Source: Octopus vulgaris (taxonomy: Eukaryota). Taken from it: DNA of 64,000 nt. Shown in pieces: positions 49,580 to 62,397 of this stretch. Positions within the stretch are counted from its first letter, which is position 1, and the number at the start of each line of letters is the position of its first letter. Location of the stretch: NCBI GenBank assembly GCA_951406725.2, contig OX597835.1:13268001-13332000 (forward strand), written 5' to 3'. Both the position numbers and the translations under genes were made by a program. The notes below the pieces were generated by a model. It did not search any database. It worked only from the letters and a program-made list of their open reading frames with translations, and was not told the DNA's origin.

Positions 49580-49790
49580 TTTAGCACGCCGGGCGAAATG
49601 CGTAGCCGTATTTCGTCTGCCACTACGTTCTGAGTTCAAATTCCGCCGAGGTCGACTTTGCCTTTCATCCTTTCGGGGTCGATAAATTAAGTACCAGTTA
49701 CTCACTGGGGTCGATATAATTGACTTAATCCGTTTGTCTGTCCTTGTTTGTCCCCTCTATGTTTAGCCCCTTGTGGGCAATAAAGAAATA
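49580..49790 (+). mobile_element. Family B SINE
   Basis: ttagcacgccgggcgaaatgcgtagccg...aaagaaata. Confidence 0.9.
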
Positions 49791-50989
49791 TCTTTTTACC
49801 TGTTTTCACCTGCAAATACCTGTTGTACATTTGCTGAGTCTGTATTACATATTGTCGTTCCTTGAGCTTCGTGTTCTTACACTCTCTTTGAATTTCCTTG
49901 ACCAGTTGTTGTGGCGAATGAGAAATATAGAATTGGGTGTGAGTCATGAAGGCAATATGGCTTAGGTGAGGGTTTTCCAGTCCTGATCACAAGATTTTGG
50001 TTTTGGTTCCTGGGTCGGGCAGTGCCTTGTGCTCGTGAGCAAGGCATTTTGTTCCACATTGCTCCAGTCCACTCAGCTGAGAATGAGTAACTTCGCAATG
50101 GGCTGGTGCCTCATTCAAAGGGAATGTAGTAACCTCAGTCACTCATACATCATAGAAACTGAGTAACCGAGCCTGTGACTCATAGAACTGAAGGCACTCA
50201 GTAATGTTCAGGGGTCAGGGATGTGGATTGTGAGGTGGTGAGGAGAGTTGAGGGAGAGAGATACAAAGTTATTTGGTGTAAGTCTTGTCATAAAAATATC
50301 AAGACTCACCTATAAATACTTCGATTAGAATAGAAACAATATTAATTATGAAAAAAAAGTTAGTTTTAGTTAGAAGTTTATGAAGAAGAATCAGAGTTAA
50401 ATAACAAGAAAGGAAGAGTATTACGAATAAATATTTAAATAATTATATGGACAATGTGTGGAAAGTGGCATTAAACAGAAAATAAAAAAAGGTGAGACAA
50501 AATCTGTAATGAGGTGTAAATTATAGAATAAAGAACATTTACTTCTTTTAATGGAATAATAATTGGTAAGGAAAGAAAATTTATATTTAGGCCATCTTTT
50601 TCACTTCTTAAAAAGTGAAAACCTACCTAGAAAGATTTAAATCAGGGAGAGAGATGCATTAACATCATCATCATTGTCGTTGTCATCATCATCACCATTA
50701 CCACCATCAGTCATCATTGCCGTTCCCCTCCACCTTGTTCCCCTCCTCTTCGTAATCATCCTCGTTTTTACGTCCATTTTTCCATGCTTGCATGGGTTGG
50801 ATGAGTCCTCACAGCATCTAAACACTTGTTGTGTTCCTTTCTCATCTCCTTCGTGAGGTTCATCATCCTAAAACCAGCCCTTGCTACATCTGCTTATGTC
50901 TTCCTTGGTTTTTCCTCTTCTACCAATTCCTTCCATATCAATCTCCTGTCACTTCGTCACTCACCTTCCATCATCCATATACATTATAT

Positions 50990-51379
50990 GGATGGATGGA
51001 AGCACTCCGTCGGTAATGACGACGAGGGTTCCAGTTGATCCGAATCAACGGAACAGCCTGTTCGTGAAATTAACGTGTAAGTGGCTGAGCACTCCACAGA
51101 CACGTGTACCCTTAACGTAGTTCTCGGGGATATTCAGCGTGACACAGAGAGTGACAAGGCCAGCCCCTTGAAATAAAGGTACAACAGAAACAGGAAGTAA
51201 GAGTGAGAGAAAGTTGTGGTGAAAGAGTACAGCAGGGATCACCGCCATGCCCTGCCGGATCCTCGTGGAGCTTTTTTAGGTGTTTTCGCTCAATAAACAC
51301 TCACAACGCCCGGTCTGGGAATCGAAATTGCGATCCTATGACCGCGAGTCCGCTGCCCTAACCACTGGGCCATTGCGCC
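50990..51379 (-). mobile_element. Full-length family D SINE with ~16-bp TSD
   Basis: tccatatacattatat (50974-50989) / tccacatgcattatat (51380-51395); (TCCA)n tail. Confidence 0.92.
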
Positions 51380-51700
51380 TCCACATGCATTATATACCCA
51401 TAACAGCCAAACCATCCCATTTTCACTCTACAACTCAGTTTTCCTCTCAGCTCATCTCTGCCTCATCATTCATGCACAGTAACATTACACATCTGAGGAT
51501 AGCACCCATCTCATTCCTTTCCAACCTTTACTCATCCTCTGCATCCAGTGTCCACATCTCACTGCCATGCAGCATTACAATTCATACACCAGTATCATGC
51601 AACCTTCCCTTTCATCGAAGAGAGAAGCCCTTCATGGTCAGAAAAGATTACAGCTTCCTAAACTTTCTGCCCTCTATTCTAATTCCAGCTATTCTAATAT

Positions 51701-52113
51701 AAGGTGGCGAGCTGGCAGACACGTTGGCACGCCGGGCAAAATGCTTAGCCGTATTTCGTCTGTCATTATGTTCTGAGTTCAAATTCCACCGAGGTCGACT
51801 TTGCCTTTCATCCTTTCGGGGTCGATTAAATAAGTACCAGTTTCGCACTGGGGTCGATGTAATCGACTTAATCTGTTTGTCTGTCCTTGTTTGTCCCCTC
51901 TGTGTTTAGCCCCTTGTGGGTAGTAAAGAAATAGGTATTTCATCTGTCGTTATGTTCTGAGTTCAAATTCCGCCGAGGTCGACTTTGCCTTTCATCCTTT
52001 TGGGGTCGATTAAATAAAGTACCAGTTTCGCACTGGGGTCGATGTAATCGACTTAATCCGTTTGTCTGTCCTTGTTTGTCCCCTCTGTGTTTAGCCCGGG
52101 CAATAAAGAAATA
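51701..52113 (+). mobile_element. Family B SINE dimer with 16-bp TSD
   Basis: tattctaattccagct at 51675-51690 and 52114-52129; internal junction aaagaaataggtatttcatctg. Confidence 0.9.
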
Positions 52114-52534
52114 TATTCTAATTCCAGCTTCTATGTTTTCGGAACACCCCACTCCCATCCCTGTTGATTAGGTCACCAAGGATACAGAAGCTGTCAACCA
52201 CTTCGATAGAGCATTCTGAGCATTGCCACCGGCCATGTCAGACGATATATTCTGGAGACTTCCACGCCTCAGTGAAGGAGGAAGACTACTTGGTCACATT
52301 GATGCTGTCGGTAGAGAGACAGGCGACATAGAACCAAGAATCTACCAAAGTTAATGGTGAACAGAGATTCCAGGCATAGCGTTTCAGCCACAGGGGCTTG
52401 AAGAAAGAAGAGGAGGAGGGGCGGAAAGAGTAATAGTAGTAGTAGTAGTGCAAGCTGCTGAATAAACTACTTAGAACCAGGATAAATGATTGACTAATCT
52501 GTGTTCAATCTTAAATCTTAAATCATTTTTTTAC

Positions 52535-52955
52535 TTCTTTTATTTGTTTCAGTCATTAGACTGCGGCCATGCTGGGGCGCTGCCTTGAATTTTTAGTCGA
52601 ATGAATTGACCCCAGTACTTCCTTTTTAAGCCTGGTACTTATTTTATCGGCTTCTTTTGCTGAACTGCTAAGTTATGGGGATGCAAACACACCAACATCG
52701 GTCGTCAAGCAGTGGGTGGGGGGAGACAAACACTGACACAAAGATATATATATATATAGATATACATGCATGCATGCATGCATACATACATACATACATG
52801 CATATGGGCTTCTTTAAATTTCTCTCGATCAAATCCACTTCCAAGGCTTTAGTTGGCTCGGGGCTATAGTAGAAGACACTTGCCCAAGGGGCCATGCAGT
52901 GGAACTGAACCTGAGATCATGTGGTTGCGAAGCAAGCGTCTTACCACACAGCCAT
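52535..52955 (-). mobile_element. Family A SINE
   Basis: Both halves present. Confidence 0.88.
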
Positions 52956-53723
52956 GGTTGTAACAGATTTAACTGTTACACTGGCCATACAACATCCAAC
53001 TTTGCTTGGCAACTGACTATGCATCTACAACGGGGAGCTGTTGCAATGGATTATATTTTGCACTGCACAATATATGCACTTCAGAGGAAAACTTTATATT
53101 CTTTTATTGGTTATCATTATTCTATTCTACACAGAATTCCTTCAACCTTGCTAAGGAAAAATATGTAAGTGATCATTCCCAAAAGCTATATTAATAGCAG
53201 AATATAACAGGAAATCCAATATGGAGATACTGCACGCTACCAATGGAATAAGATCAGATACTATGGCCGGCCATACTATTTCAGGATTGCTGAATGGAAG
53301 ATGACATCAACAATCAGAAAATTTAAAATCCACTGATAACGAATATCATTCCCGTGATACTTGTGTGCCATAAAATGGCAATAAGAAGCACCACTCATGC
53401 CGTTTTGGGCAAAAGATAAGAGCAGGAAGGTCTTGAGATGTTGCTGGAACCAGGAAATTTATTGTTCCAAGGAATATAAAAGAATGGAATGGAAATATGA
53501 AAAAAATCGGTCGTACAAAACTTTAAAAGAAGAGAAAAGCAGGCTATGATGTCAATACTTATCTCTCCTTCTTCTTTCTTCACTCTCTTTCTCTCTCTCA
53601 CTTTCTTAATATATACATATATACATGCATATATATATAGAGTTATATATATATATAGTTATTTATATATATATATATATAATTATATATGTACGTATAT
53701 ATATGTATAATTATATATGTACG

Positions 53724-53772
<49 letters not shown>

Positions 53773-54446
53773 TATACATATATACCCACACACACATATA
53801 TTTATATATATATATACATATATATATATTTGATTTTTTAACATCTTTCCTCCATTTTTATAATTGTTTATGGTATCTTTATACCTTTGAGGAACTTTTT
53901 CAAATATATTTTTATATATGTATATATATAAATATATATATATTTATATACGTATGTATATATGTGTGTGTGTGTTTATATATATATATATATATACATA
54001 CATATGCATATATATGCACACCAATATACCTATACATAAATATATACATAAGTATTACACATACACTTGTATAATCACACACACGCACAGATATTTATGC
54101 TTTCACACTTATACACACAAATTGTGTGTGTGTATATATGTGTGCTAGTGTATGAAACACTTGGTGAAGATGATCCTAACATTTACTGTGCAGCAGAATT
54201 ATTCTAATGCATAGTCTTTGACCAACAGCCAATAATAGCAACGGCGCATCATCGTGCATTCCATTCCTGGCACCGGGTGAGGCTGATTTCTTTCCAATTT
54301 GTCATAATAGCCTTGCTGCATCCTTCCCTGGCCCTCCTCACCCATTTACACTTTAGAATTTTTCTCTCGGTGAAAGAGCAATGTAGTTGTCTCCCCTTTA
54401 TTTTTCTCGTTAAAGCAAGAAGTTACAGTTGTGGCTGAATGATTAA

Positions 54447-54667
54447 CCCTTTCGTTACTGTATATATTTTGAGATGCTCTGTGTTTCTTTCAATTATTTT
54501 AAATATAACAAAGAATTTAGTAAAATAATTTAGTTATCATTGAGCAAGTATTAGGAATATAAATTGCAACTAAAGTTTGGTGGTATATTTTGATGCAAAA
54601 CTTATGAAAACAAGACATTTGTACTACAGAGCCAGAGCCGGTTTTGGCCGGGTTGGTAACGAAAGGG
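54447..54667. mobile_element. Intact piggyBac-like MITE
   Basis: TTAA TSD on both sides (54443-46, 54668-71) and perfect 12-bp TIR CCCTTTCGTTAC/GTAACGAAAGGG. Confidence 0.92.
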
Positions 54668-55009
54668 TTAAGAGGTTTGCTTTGCAAGAACAAAGTCCTG
54701 GGTTCAATGCCATTGCATGGTATCTTGGAAAAAATGTCACGTTTTATAGCTTTGGGTTAACTCGTATCATGTTAGTGAAACGGTGTAGAAAGGAAACTGT
54801 AGAAAAGCCTCTTTTGTGAGCTCTACTTGTGATTCAAAAGGAGACGGCTTTGTTACATACTGGGTCATATTGGTCCTGCTTAAGGATTGTTACTTTAAGG
54901 GTACACATATCTGTGGAATATGCAACCACTTGCATGTTAAATCAAGAATAGGTAATTCAGTAGATCAAACAACTGAATCTTCATTGCCGAATGATGGAGA
55001 TCTATCCAA

Positions 55010-55045
<36 letters not shown>

Positions 55046-55143
55046 CCATATATATATATGCATGCACATACACACACATGCATGCACACACACACAAACA
55101 CAACATATATATATATATGTACATATATATATATATATCTATA

Positions 55144-55182
<39 letters not shown>

Positions 55183-56044
55183 TAATATACTCACACACAC
55201 AAACATATATATACATATATGTATACACATATATTTTTAATTACACACATACACATAATTTTATATTCTGATAGAAACTTTGTAGTAAGTATGCTGTTTA
55301 AAGCCCAGTCTACAGTATTCGGCTACCTGATGTTATCAACAGTATATGCCACAGGATTTACTTTAGGAATTCTTTTGCATCCATAGAATTTATATAAAAA
55401 ATGTGATAGACAAAAAATGGAATTCACAGGACCCTTTATTCAAAACCACTACGGTTGTTTCAACTCATCATCACTGGTACCTTACAGGTGAGATGCATCA
55501 CAGGTACAGATGTGTCTCCTCAGATGACTTTTCAAAAAGTACCTCCTTTTTTTTTTACTTGCTGTTTTGCTTATTTCTATAACAATCCCTTTTGGTTGGT
55601 GTAGCATTCCATCCAAATCCATAAGGAGCAGAGACAGAATAAAACAATCCTTCTCATATGAACTGTAGAATAAAGAATACAAGAATAAAAGAATAAGGAA
55701 TCGAAAACTGGAATAAAATAAAATGGACAACGCTGATAATATGACCCTAGTTATATAAAAACATGAAATATATATGCGATAAAAATACAATAGGATTGTT
55801 CTGCTGACCTTTATATTTCAATCGTTAGCATATACATATATTTGTAAAGAAACGAACTATCCCTGGCTTAATTAATTATATAAATGTGCTGTCCTTTCAT
55901 TAAAAATATCATGACCATAATTATGAATATAATGATTATAAGCACTTTAGATTAACTATATCGAGCCATCTTCATTAGTATTCTATGAAACAATATATGA
56001 AGATATCAGCATGGGTTGGAGAGGGAAAATATATACAGAGTCCC

Positions 56045-56910
56045 AGAGGTTGCTGTGTGGTAAGAAGCTTGCTTCCCAACCACATGGTTCTGGGTTCCGT
56101 CCCACTGTGTGAACACCTTGGAAAAGTCTCTTCTAATATAGCCTCAGGCCGACCATAGCCTTGTGGATTTGGTAAAAGGAAACTGAAAGAATCCCATTGT
56201 ATGGTGTGTGTGTGTGTGTGTGTGTGTAAGAGAAGGTCCTGTCAATTGTGCATGAGTGTTCATATGTGCTGATATCACTGCCTTTGCACAGCATCTCACC
56301 TGTAAGGTGTGTTGCATGATGGGTCAAAATGATTGAAATGGCTTTGAATGAAGAATCCATTTTCTGTCTCTCATCTCTTTATATATATATACATGCATGA
56401 CTGATGCCAGTGCCACCTGACTGGCTCCCATGCTAGTGGCATGTAAAAAGCACCCACTATACTCTTGTAGTGGTTGGCGTTAGCAAAGGCATCCAGCTGT
56501 AGAAACTTTGCCAGATCAGATTGGAACCTAGTACTTATTCTATTGGTCTCTTTTGCCGAACCGCTAAGTTACGGGGATGTAAACACATCAGCATTGGTTG
56601 TCATGCGATGTTGGGGGTCAAACACAGATACACAGACATATACACATGCATACATATATATATATATATTTATATATATATTTCTTTATTGCCCACAGGG
56701 GGCTAAACATAGTGGGTACAAACAAGAACAGACAAAGGTATTAAGTCGATTAAATCAACCCCACTACGTAACTGGTACTTATTTAATCGACCCCGAAAGG
56801 ATGAAAGGCAAAGTCGACCTCGGTGGAATTTGAACTCAGAACGTAACAGCAGACGAAATATGGCTACGCATTTCGCCCGGCGTGCTGACGTTTCTGCCAG
56901 CTCGCCGCCT
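56045..56910. mobile_element. SINE cluster: A head (+), C (+), A tail (-), B (-)
   Basis: Match to other copies in the window. Confidence 0.8.
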
Positions 56911-57419
56911 TGATCTTATATCTGCTTGATTGGAGATGACCTGGAGACACACAGCAAGATAGTAAGACCACTGAAGGAGGAGGACGGAGAAGAGGAGGTG
57001 GGAAAAGAGGAAGGTGGAGGTAGAGGAAGGTTGTAAATATTTGATTGCATTTCAGGATGTAGGGATGAAAGCAGAAATGAAAGGTAAAAATTAGAGAAGA
57101 ATAGAAAAGGTGTGGTGGTGGGGGTGGGGGGTATGTCTTAAAAACAGTATTAAATAAAAGGACCATTATTAAAGGGATTGACACCTGGAAAATATCAATA
57201 TTGAGATATTGCTTGGCCTTTCTTTACACTATGAAACAAAAAAACAATTAATAAATATATAGACAAAAAAACAAAGTTGACATTCTACACTTAGCAATTA
57301 TATGATGAAAGAAATGAGGAAATGTTTATACACGGAGCCAAGCAAATACATGGAAGGAAAATGAGTTATAAACAAAAGAGAAAATGGTAAAAGAATATAA
57401 GAATAGAAAACCAGAAACA

Positions 57420-57670
57420 AAAGGAGTTCTTATGAACGGTTTTGTTGGATCAACAGAAGACACAACAGGAGATGAACAATGAACTTGATTGGAAAAAATT
57501 GCCGACATAAGAAAGGAGAAGAGAGAAGCCTGATTGTTGCTGTCCAAGTTCAAGCAATTAAAGCAAATATTGGTAGACGGTGGCATGGCGGCGGTGGGAT
57601 TATGTCAGATGTGTATTAAAGTATGCAAATCTGTCAACCATGTAATGTGTGAATAGAGCAAGATGGAATC
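57420..57670 (+). mobile_element. Decayed R4/Dong-like non-LTR fragment (pre-knuckle and CCHC zinc knuckle)
   Basis: SLIVAVQVQAIKANI and LCQMCIKVCKSVNHVMCE*SKM resemble E.LI.AAQ.QAI.T and CxxC...H...C motifs. Confidence 0.65.
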
Positions 57671-57910
57671 GGGGACAATATGGAGGATGGTTAAGGAATG
57701 GTGGAAGGGATGGTGGTGAGAGATGAAGGTCAGTGAGGAATTTTGGATTCCATGTTACATGGAAAATGGTTGCATCACTAGAAATGGTAGTGGAAATGAA
57801 TGTTGTAAGATCCTGTCGGGTGTTACGGTGTTGACTGTTCGTTCATGTGATAGGGAGAGAAAGACTTGATTACAAAAGAGAAAGATAGACAGACTGAATG
57901 ATAAGATAGT

Positions 57911-57947
<37 letters not shown>

Positions 57948-57986
57948 AAAGATAGATAGGAACTTTTCAGCATCTTACTGATATGT

Positions 57987-58021
<35 letters not shown>

Positions 58022-58026
58022 TATAT

Positions 58027-58435
58027 ACTCTTTTACTTGTTTCAGTCATTTGACTGTGGCCATGCTGGAGCACCGCCTTTAGTCGAGTAAATCGACCCCG
58101 GGACTTATTCTTTGTAAGCCCAGTTCTTATTCTATCGGTCTCTTTTACCAAACCGCTAAGTGATGGGGACGTAAACACACTAGCATCGGTTGTCAAGCAA
58201 CGCTAGGTAGACAAACACAGACACACAAGCACATACACGCACATACATACATATATATATATACATATATACGACAAGCTTCTTTCAGTTTCTGTCTACC
58301 AAATCCACTCACAAGGCATTGGTCGGCTCGGGGCTATAGCAGAAGACACTTGCCCAAGATGCCACGCAGTGGGACTGAACCTGGAACAATATGGTTGGTT
58401 AGCAAGCTACTTACCACACAGCCACTCCTGTGCCT
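58027..58435 (-). mobile_element. Full-length family A SINE
   Basis: Both halves present. Confidence 0.92.
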
Positions 58436-58644
58436 ATATATCTCAGCAAGTCCATGCAATGGTTCCAACCATCCAAGAAGTTCTTGTGCATAGATTTGTT
58501 TAGAATGAATAATGTTTTGTACATGGCCATAGCTTTCATGTTTTAATCGAAAATGGTGACAAACACCAACGTTCCATGTTCTAGGTTTGATAATTATTGA
58601 GATATTTTTTAACATGAAACATATGGTAGCCTTTATACACAAAT

Positions 58645-58675
<31 letters not shown>

Positions 58676-59034
58676 CATACATTAGAAGTTAGAAATACCA
58701 ATTTGAGACAGAAAAGAGAAACCGGCAGATTGAGACTACCCAAAATTTGGAGGTTTCTAAATGTCTAATATCATTAAAATTAAATTGTCAGTACTTAATT
58801 AATTTTCTTTGTTACTTTACCATCATGGTAAATATATTCTCATATATATAAATAAGGATAAATCTGGGATCTGGAATTATCCAATAATGTTTTTGCTAGT
58901 TTATTTTGTCTCTTTGTCTTCTCTCCTGATGCTGTATGAACATTTAATGTGATTTTAGAGTCAAGTTTTGGCTGCTATATCTAGCATGGTGGTATCTCTT
59001 AGATACCCTTAACTATAATTTTATATATATGTTT

Positions 59035-59286
59035 GGCCAATGCCAGCGCCGCCTTGACTGGCTTCCGTGCCGGTGGCACGTTAAAAGCACCAACCGATCG
59101 TGATCGTTGCCAGACTCCCCTGGCACATAAAAAGCACCCACTACACCCTCGGAGTGGTTGGCCTTAGGAAGGGCATCCAGCTGTAGAAACACTGCCAGAT
59201 CAGACTGGAGCCTGGTGCAACCCCTGGCTTCCCAGATCCCGGTCGAACTGTCCAACCCATGCTAGCGCGGAAAACGGACGTTAAAC

Positions 59287-59320
<34 letters not shown>
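59035..59320 (+). mobile_element. Family C element
   Basis: Ends ggacgttaaac(gat)n. Confidence 0.88.
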
Positions 59321-59322
<2 letters not shown>

Positions 59323-60304
59323 ATATATTTGGTAGCAGTCTTATTGATCCTGGAGGAATAAAAAGTTAGTCAGCTAGGCTGGTATTTGAACCCAAAGACA
59401 AATATGAAAGATACAGAAATATATGAATACCACAAGGCACTTCATTTACATATTTTAATGGTGGTGGTGGTGGTAGTAGTAGTAGCAATAGCAGCAACGG
59501 TGGTAATGATGATGCTGATGATGATGATGATGATGATGATGATGGCAACGATTCCATGATAATGGGATATGATATGTCTTAAAAAGAAATTTTATCCAAG
59601 AATCTGGATATAGATTACTTAGGCAAACACCCAAAGGTTTCCATATAAAGATAGCATTACACTTATCTACCATAATGACTATCACGGCAGCAATGATGCC
59701 AGTGGTGATAGCAATAACACATAACAGTTACAATAATAACAACAACAACAGTATTGATAATTATGGTGATGGCGATGATGATGATAGCAATAATGCTGAT
59801 GCACTCAGCTATTATCTGTTATTAGTGGCGGGTAGTAAAATATGATGAGAAATTGCAATATAACATAATTCCGATAGTTTTTGCTTCCATATTTAGTGTG
59901 ACAGTAACGTAGGAGATAAACCTCAGCAATCGTAATAAAACAATATAGAAAATTGTTTATGCCACTTCTCAATATTCCATTGGCGTTTGAATATGGCTTG
60001 TTGTTGCTGCTGTTGTTGTTGTTGGTTGTTGCACAAATAGCAATGGTAATGATTGAAAGATTTCTGGAGGGGCCCCCCAGGATGGGAAGTAACTGTGAGT
60101 CTGTGCATGTGAGTGTGTATTGGGTTGTGTGTGTGAGTGTGTGTGTGTGATTTGTTTAGCTGCTGGTAAACAGGGATTAAGAGGTGTATTGAAGATGCTT
60201 ATAAGGAATACACATATACACACACATATATATACATGCATACAGACAACCATGCATTATATATTCTTTCTCTCTTCCACACTCTTTCTCTCTCTCTCTC
60301 TCTC

Positions 60305-60389
<85 letters not shown>

Positions 60390-60484
60390 CAAGGTAAATA
60401 AAAAGATGAACAGGAACATGAAACTCAGAGTAACAGATTTTGTTGAATTTCTGCTGCATACTTTAAATAAAGGGAGTATATGTA

Positions 60485-60527
<43 letters not shown>

Positions 60528-60648
60528 GCGTTATATGTGTTTATATGTATGTATATATATATATATATGTGATTGATTGATTTTAGTTTCAGCCCTTGGC
60601 ATGGGCTTCAACCGTGTTTTCTGATGGAATTTGCTACCCAGGTATTGA

Positions 60649-60709
<61 letters not shown>

Positions 60710-60727
60710 TGTGTTTGTGTGTGTATA

Positions 60728-60990
60728 TCATCATCATCGTTTAACGTCTGCCTGCCATGCTGGCATGGGTGGAATGGTTTGACAAGAGGTGGCCAGGCAT
60801 AAGTCTGCACCAGGCTTCTCTAACTGCTTTCACAAGATTTTTACAGCTGGATGCCCTTCCTAATACCAACAACTCAGCAAAGTGGACTTAGTGCTTTTTT
60901 ATGTGGCACAAGCACAGGCGAGGTCAGTTTTGGCAAGGTTTTTTTACAGCTGGATGCCCTTCCAAATGCCAACCACTTTACAGTGTGGAC
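60728..60990 (-). mobile_element. Family C-related element with duplicated acagctggatgcccttcc block
   Basis: Block at about 60843 and 60946. Confidence 0.75.
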
Positions 60991-61101
60991 TTTTTGGTTG
61001 TTTTGACTGCTCCTTCTAGTGTGTAAGGCTGCCTGTTAAGGGTCACCTCTTTTGTGTTTAAATGTACCCTAATTTTATATATATATGTGTATATATATAT
61101 A

Positions 61102-61706
61102 TAGGTGCAGGAGTGGCTCTGTGGTAAGTAGCTTGCTAACCAACCACATGGTTCCGGGTTCAGTCCCACTGCGTGGCATCTTGAGCAAGTGTCTTCTGCT
61201 ACAGCCCTGGGCCGACCAATGCCTTGTGAGTGGATTTGGTAGACGGAATCTGAAAGAAGCCTGTTGTATATATGTATATATATATATATGTATATATGTA
61301 TGTATATGTGTGTGTGTGTTTGTGTTTCTGTGTTTGTCCCCCTAGCATTGCTTGACAACCAATGCTGGTGTGTTTATGTCTGTCATTACTTAGCGGTTCG
61401 GCAAAAGAGACCGATAGAATAAGTACTGGGCTTACAAAAGAATAAGTCCCGGGGTCGATTTGCTCGACTAAAGGCGGTGCTCCAGCATGGCCGCAGTCAA
61501 ATGACTGAAACAAGTAAAAGAGTAAAGAGTATATATAAAGTAACAAACAGAGGGAAATTGTAATTGCCGTATGATTGAATAGTTAACACTCACGCTCATA
61601 ACACAGACATTTGAATTAATTTTTACAATCCAGCTGTCCTTTCACACGGGATTTCATCTATCTTTAAACCCTGACCCTAATGTAACTTATGTATATATAT
61701 ATATAA

Positions 61707-61748
<42 letters not shown>

Positions 61749-61974
61749 GCGGCGAGCTGGCAGAATCGTTAGCACGCCGGGCGAAATGCGTAGCCGTATT
61801 TCGTCTGCCGTTTACGTTCTGGGTTCAAATTCCGCCGAGGTCCACTTTGCCTTTCATCCTTTCGGGGTCGATAAATTAAGTACCAGTTACACACTGGCGT
61901 CGATGTAATCGACTTAATCCGTTTGTCTGTCCTTGTTTATCCTCTCTGTGTTTAGCCCCTTGTGGGTAGGAAAG

Positions 61975-62012
<38 letters not shown>

Positions 62013-62339
62013 GAACTGTTATTGAGTATATATATCGGGAAATCTATAAGTCAAAACAATTTGTTGGCCTTTTTGGTTTTTTAATTATTGTTCATGTTAT
62101 ATGATATTGTGTTATATCATATTCATAGTATTTAATGTAATATTGTGATATAAATAAATTATTGGATTGTCAATAGTATCTCTCTAATTTATCTTTATAT
62201 ACATATATACATATCTTTTACTCTTTTACTTGTTTCAGTCATTTGACTGCGGCCATGCTGGAGCACCACCTTTATTCGAGCAAATCGACCACAGGACTTA
62301 GTTTTTGTAAGCCGCAATGTTGGGGTGGACAAACACAGA

Positions 62340-62397
<58 letters not shown>

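Larger units (their letters stand above)
50755..52215 (-). mobile_element. Decayed RTE LINE 3' portion with two nested SINEs
   Basis: Minus-strand remnants IEVVDSFCILGD (about 52190), RKFRKL..FLTMKGFSLR*KGRL...MLHGSEMW...LERNEM (51690-51500) and EGIGRRG (about 50920), plus 3' tail ccaacccatgcaagcatggaaaaatggacgtaaaa. Confidence 0.85.
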
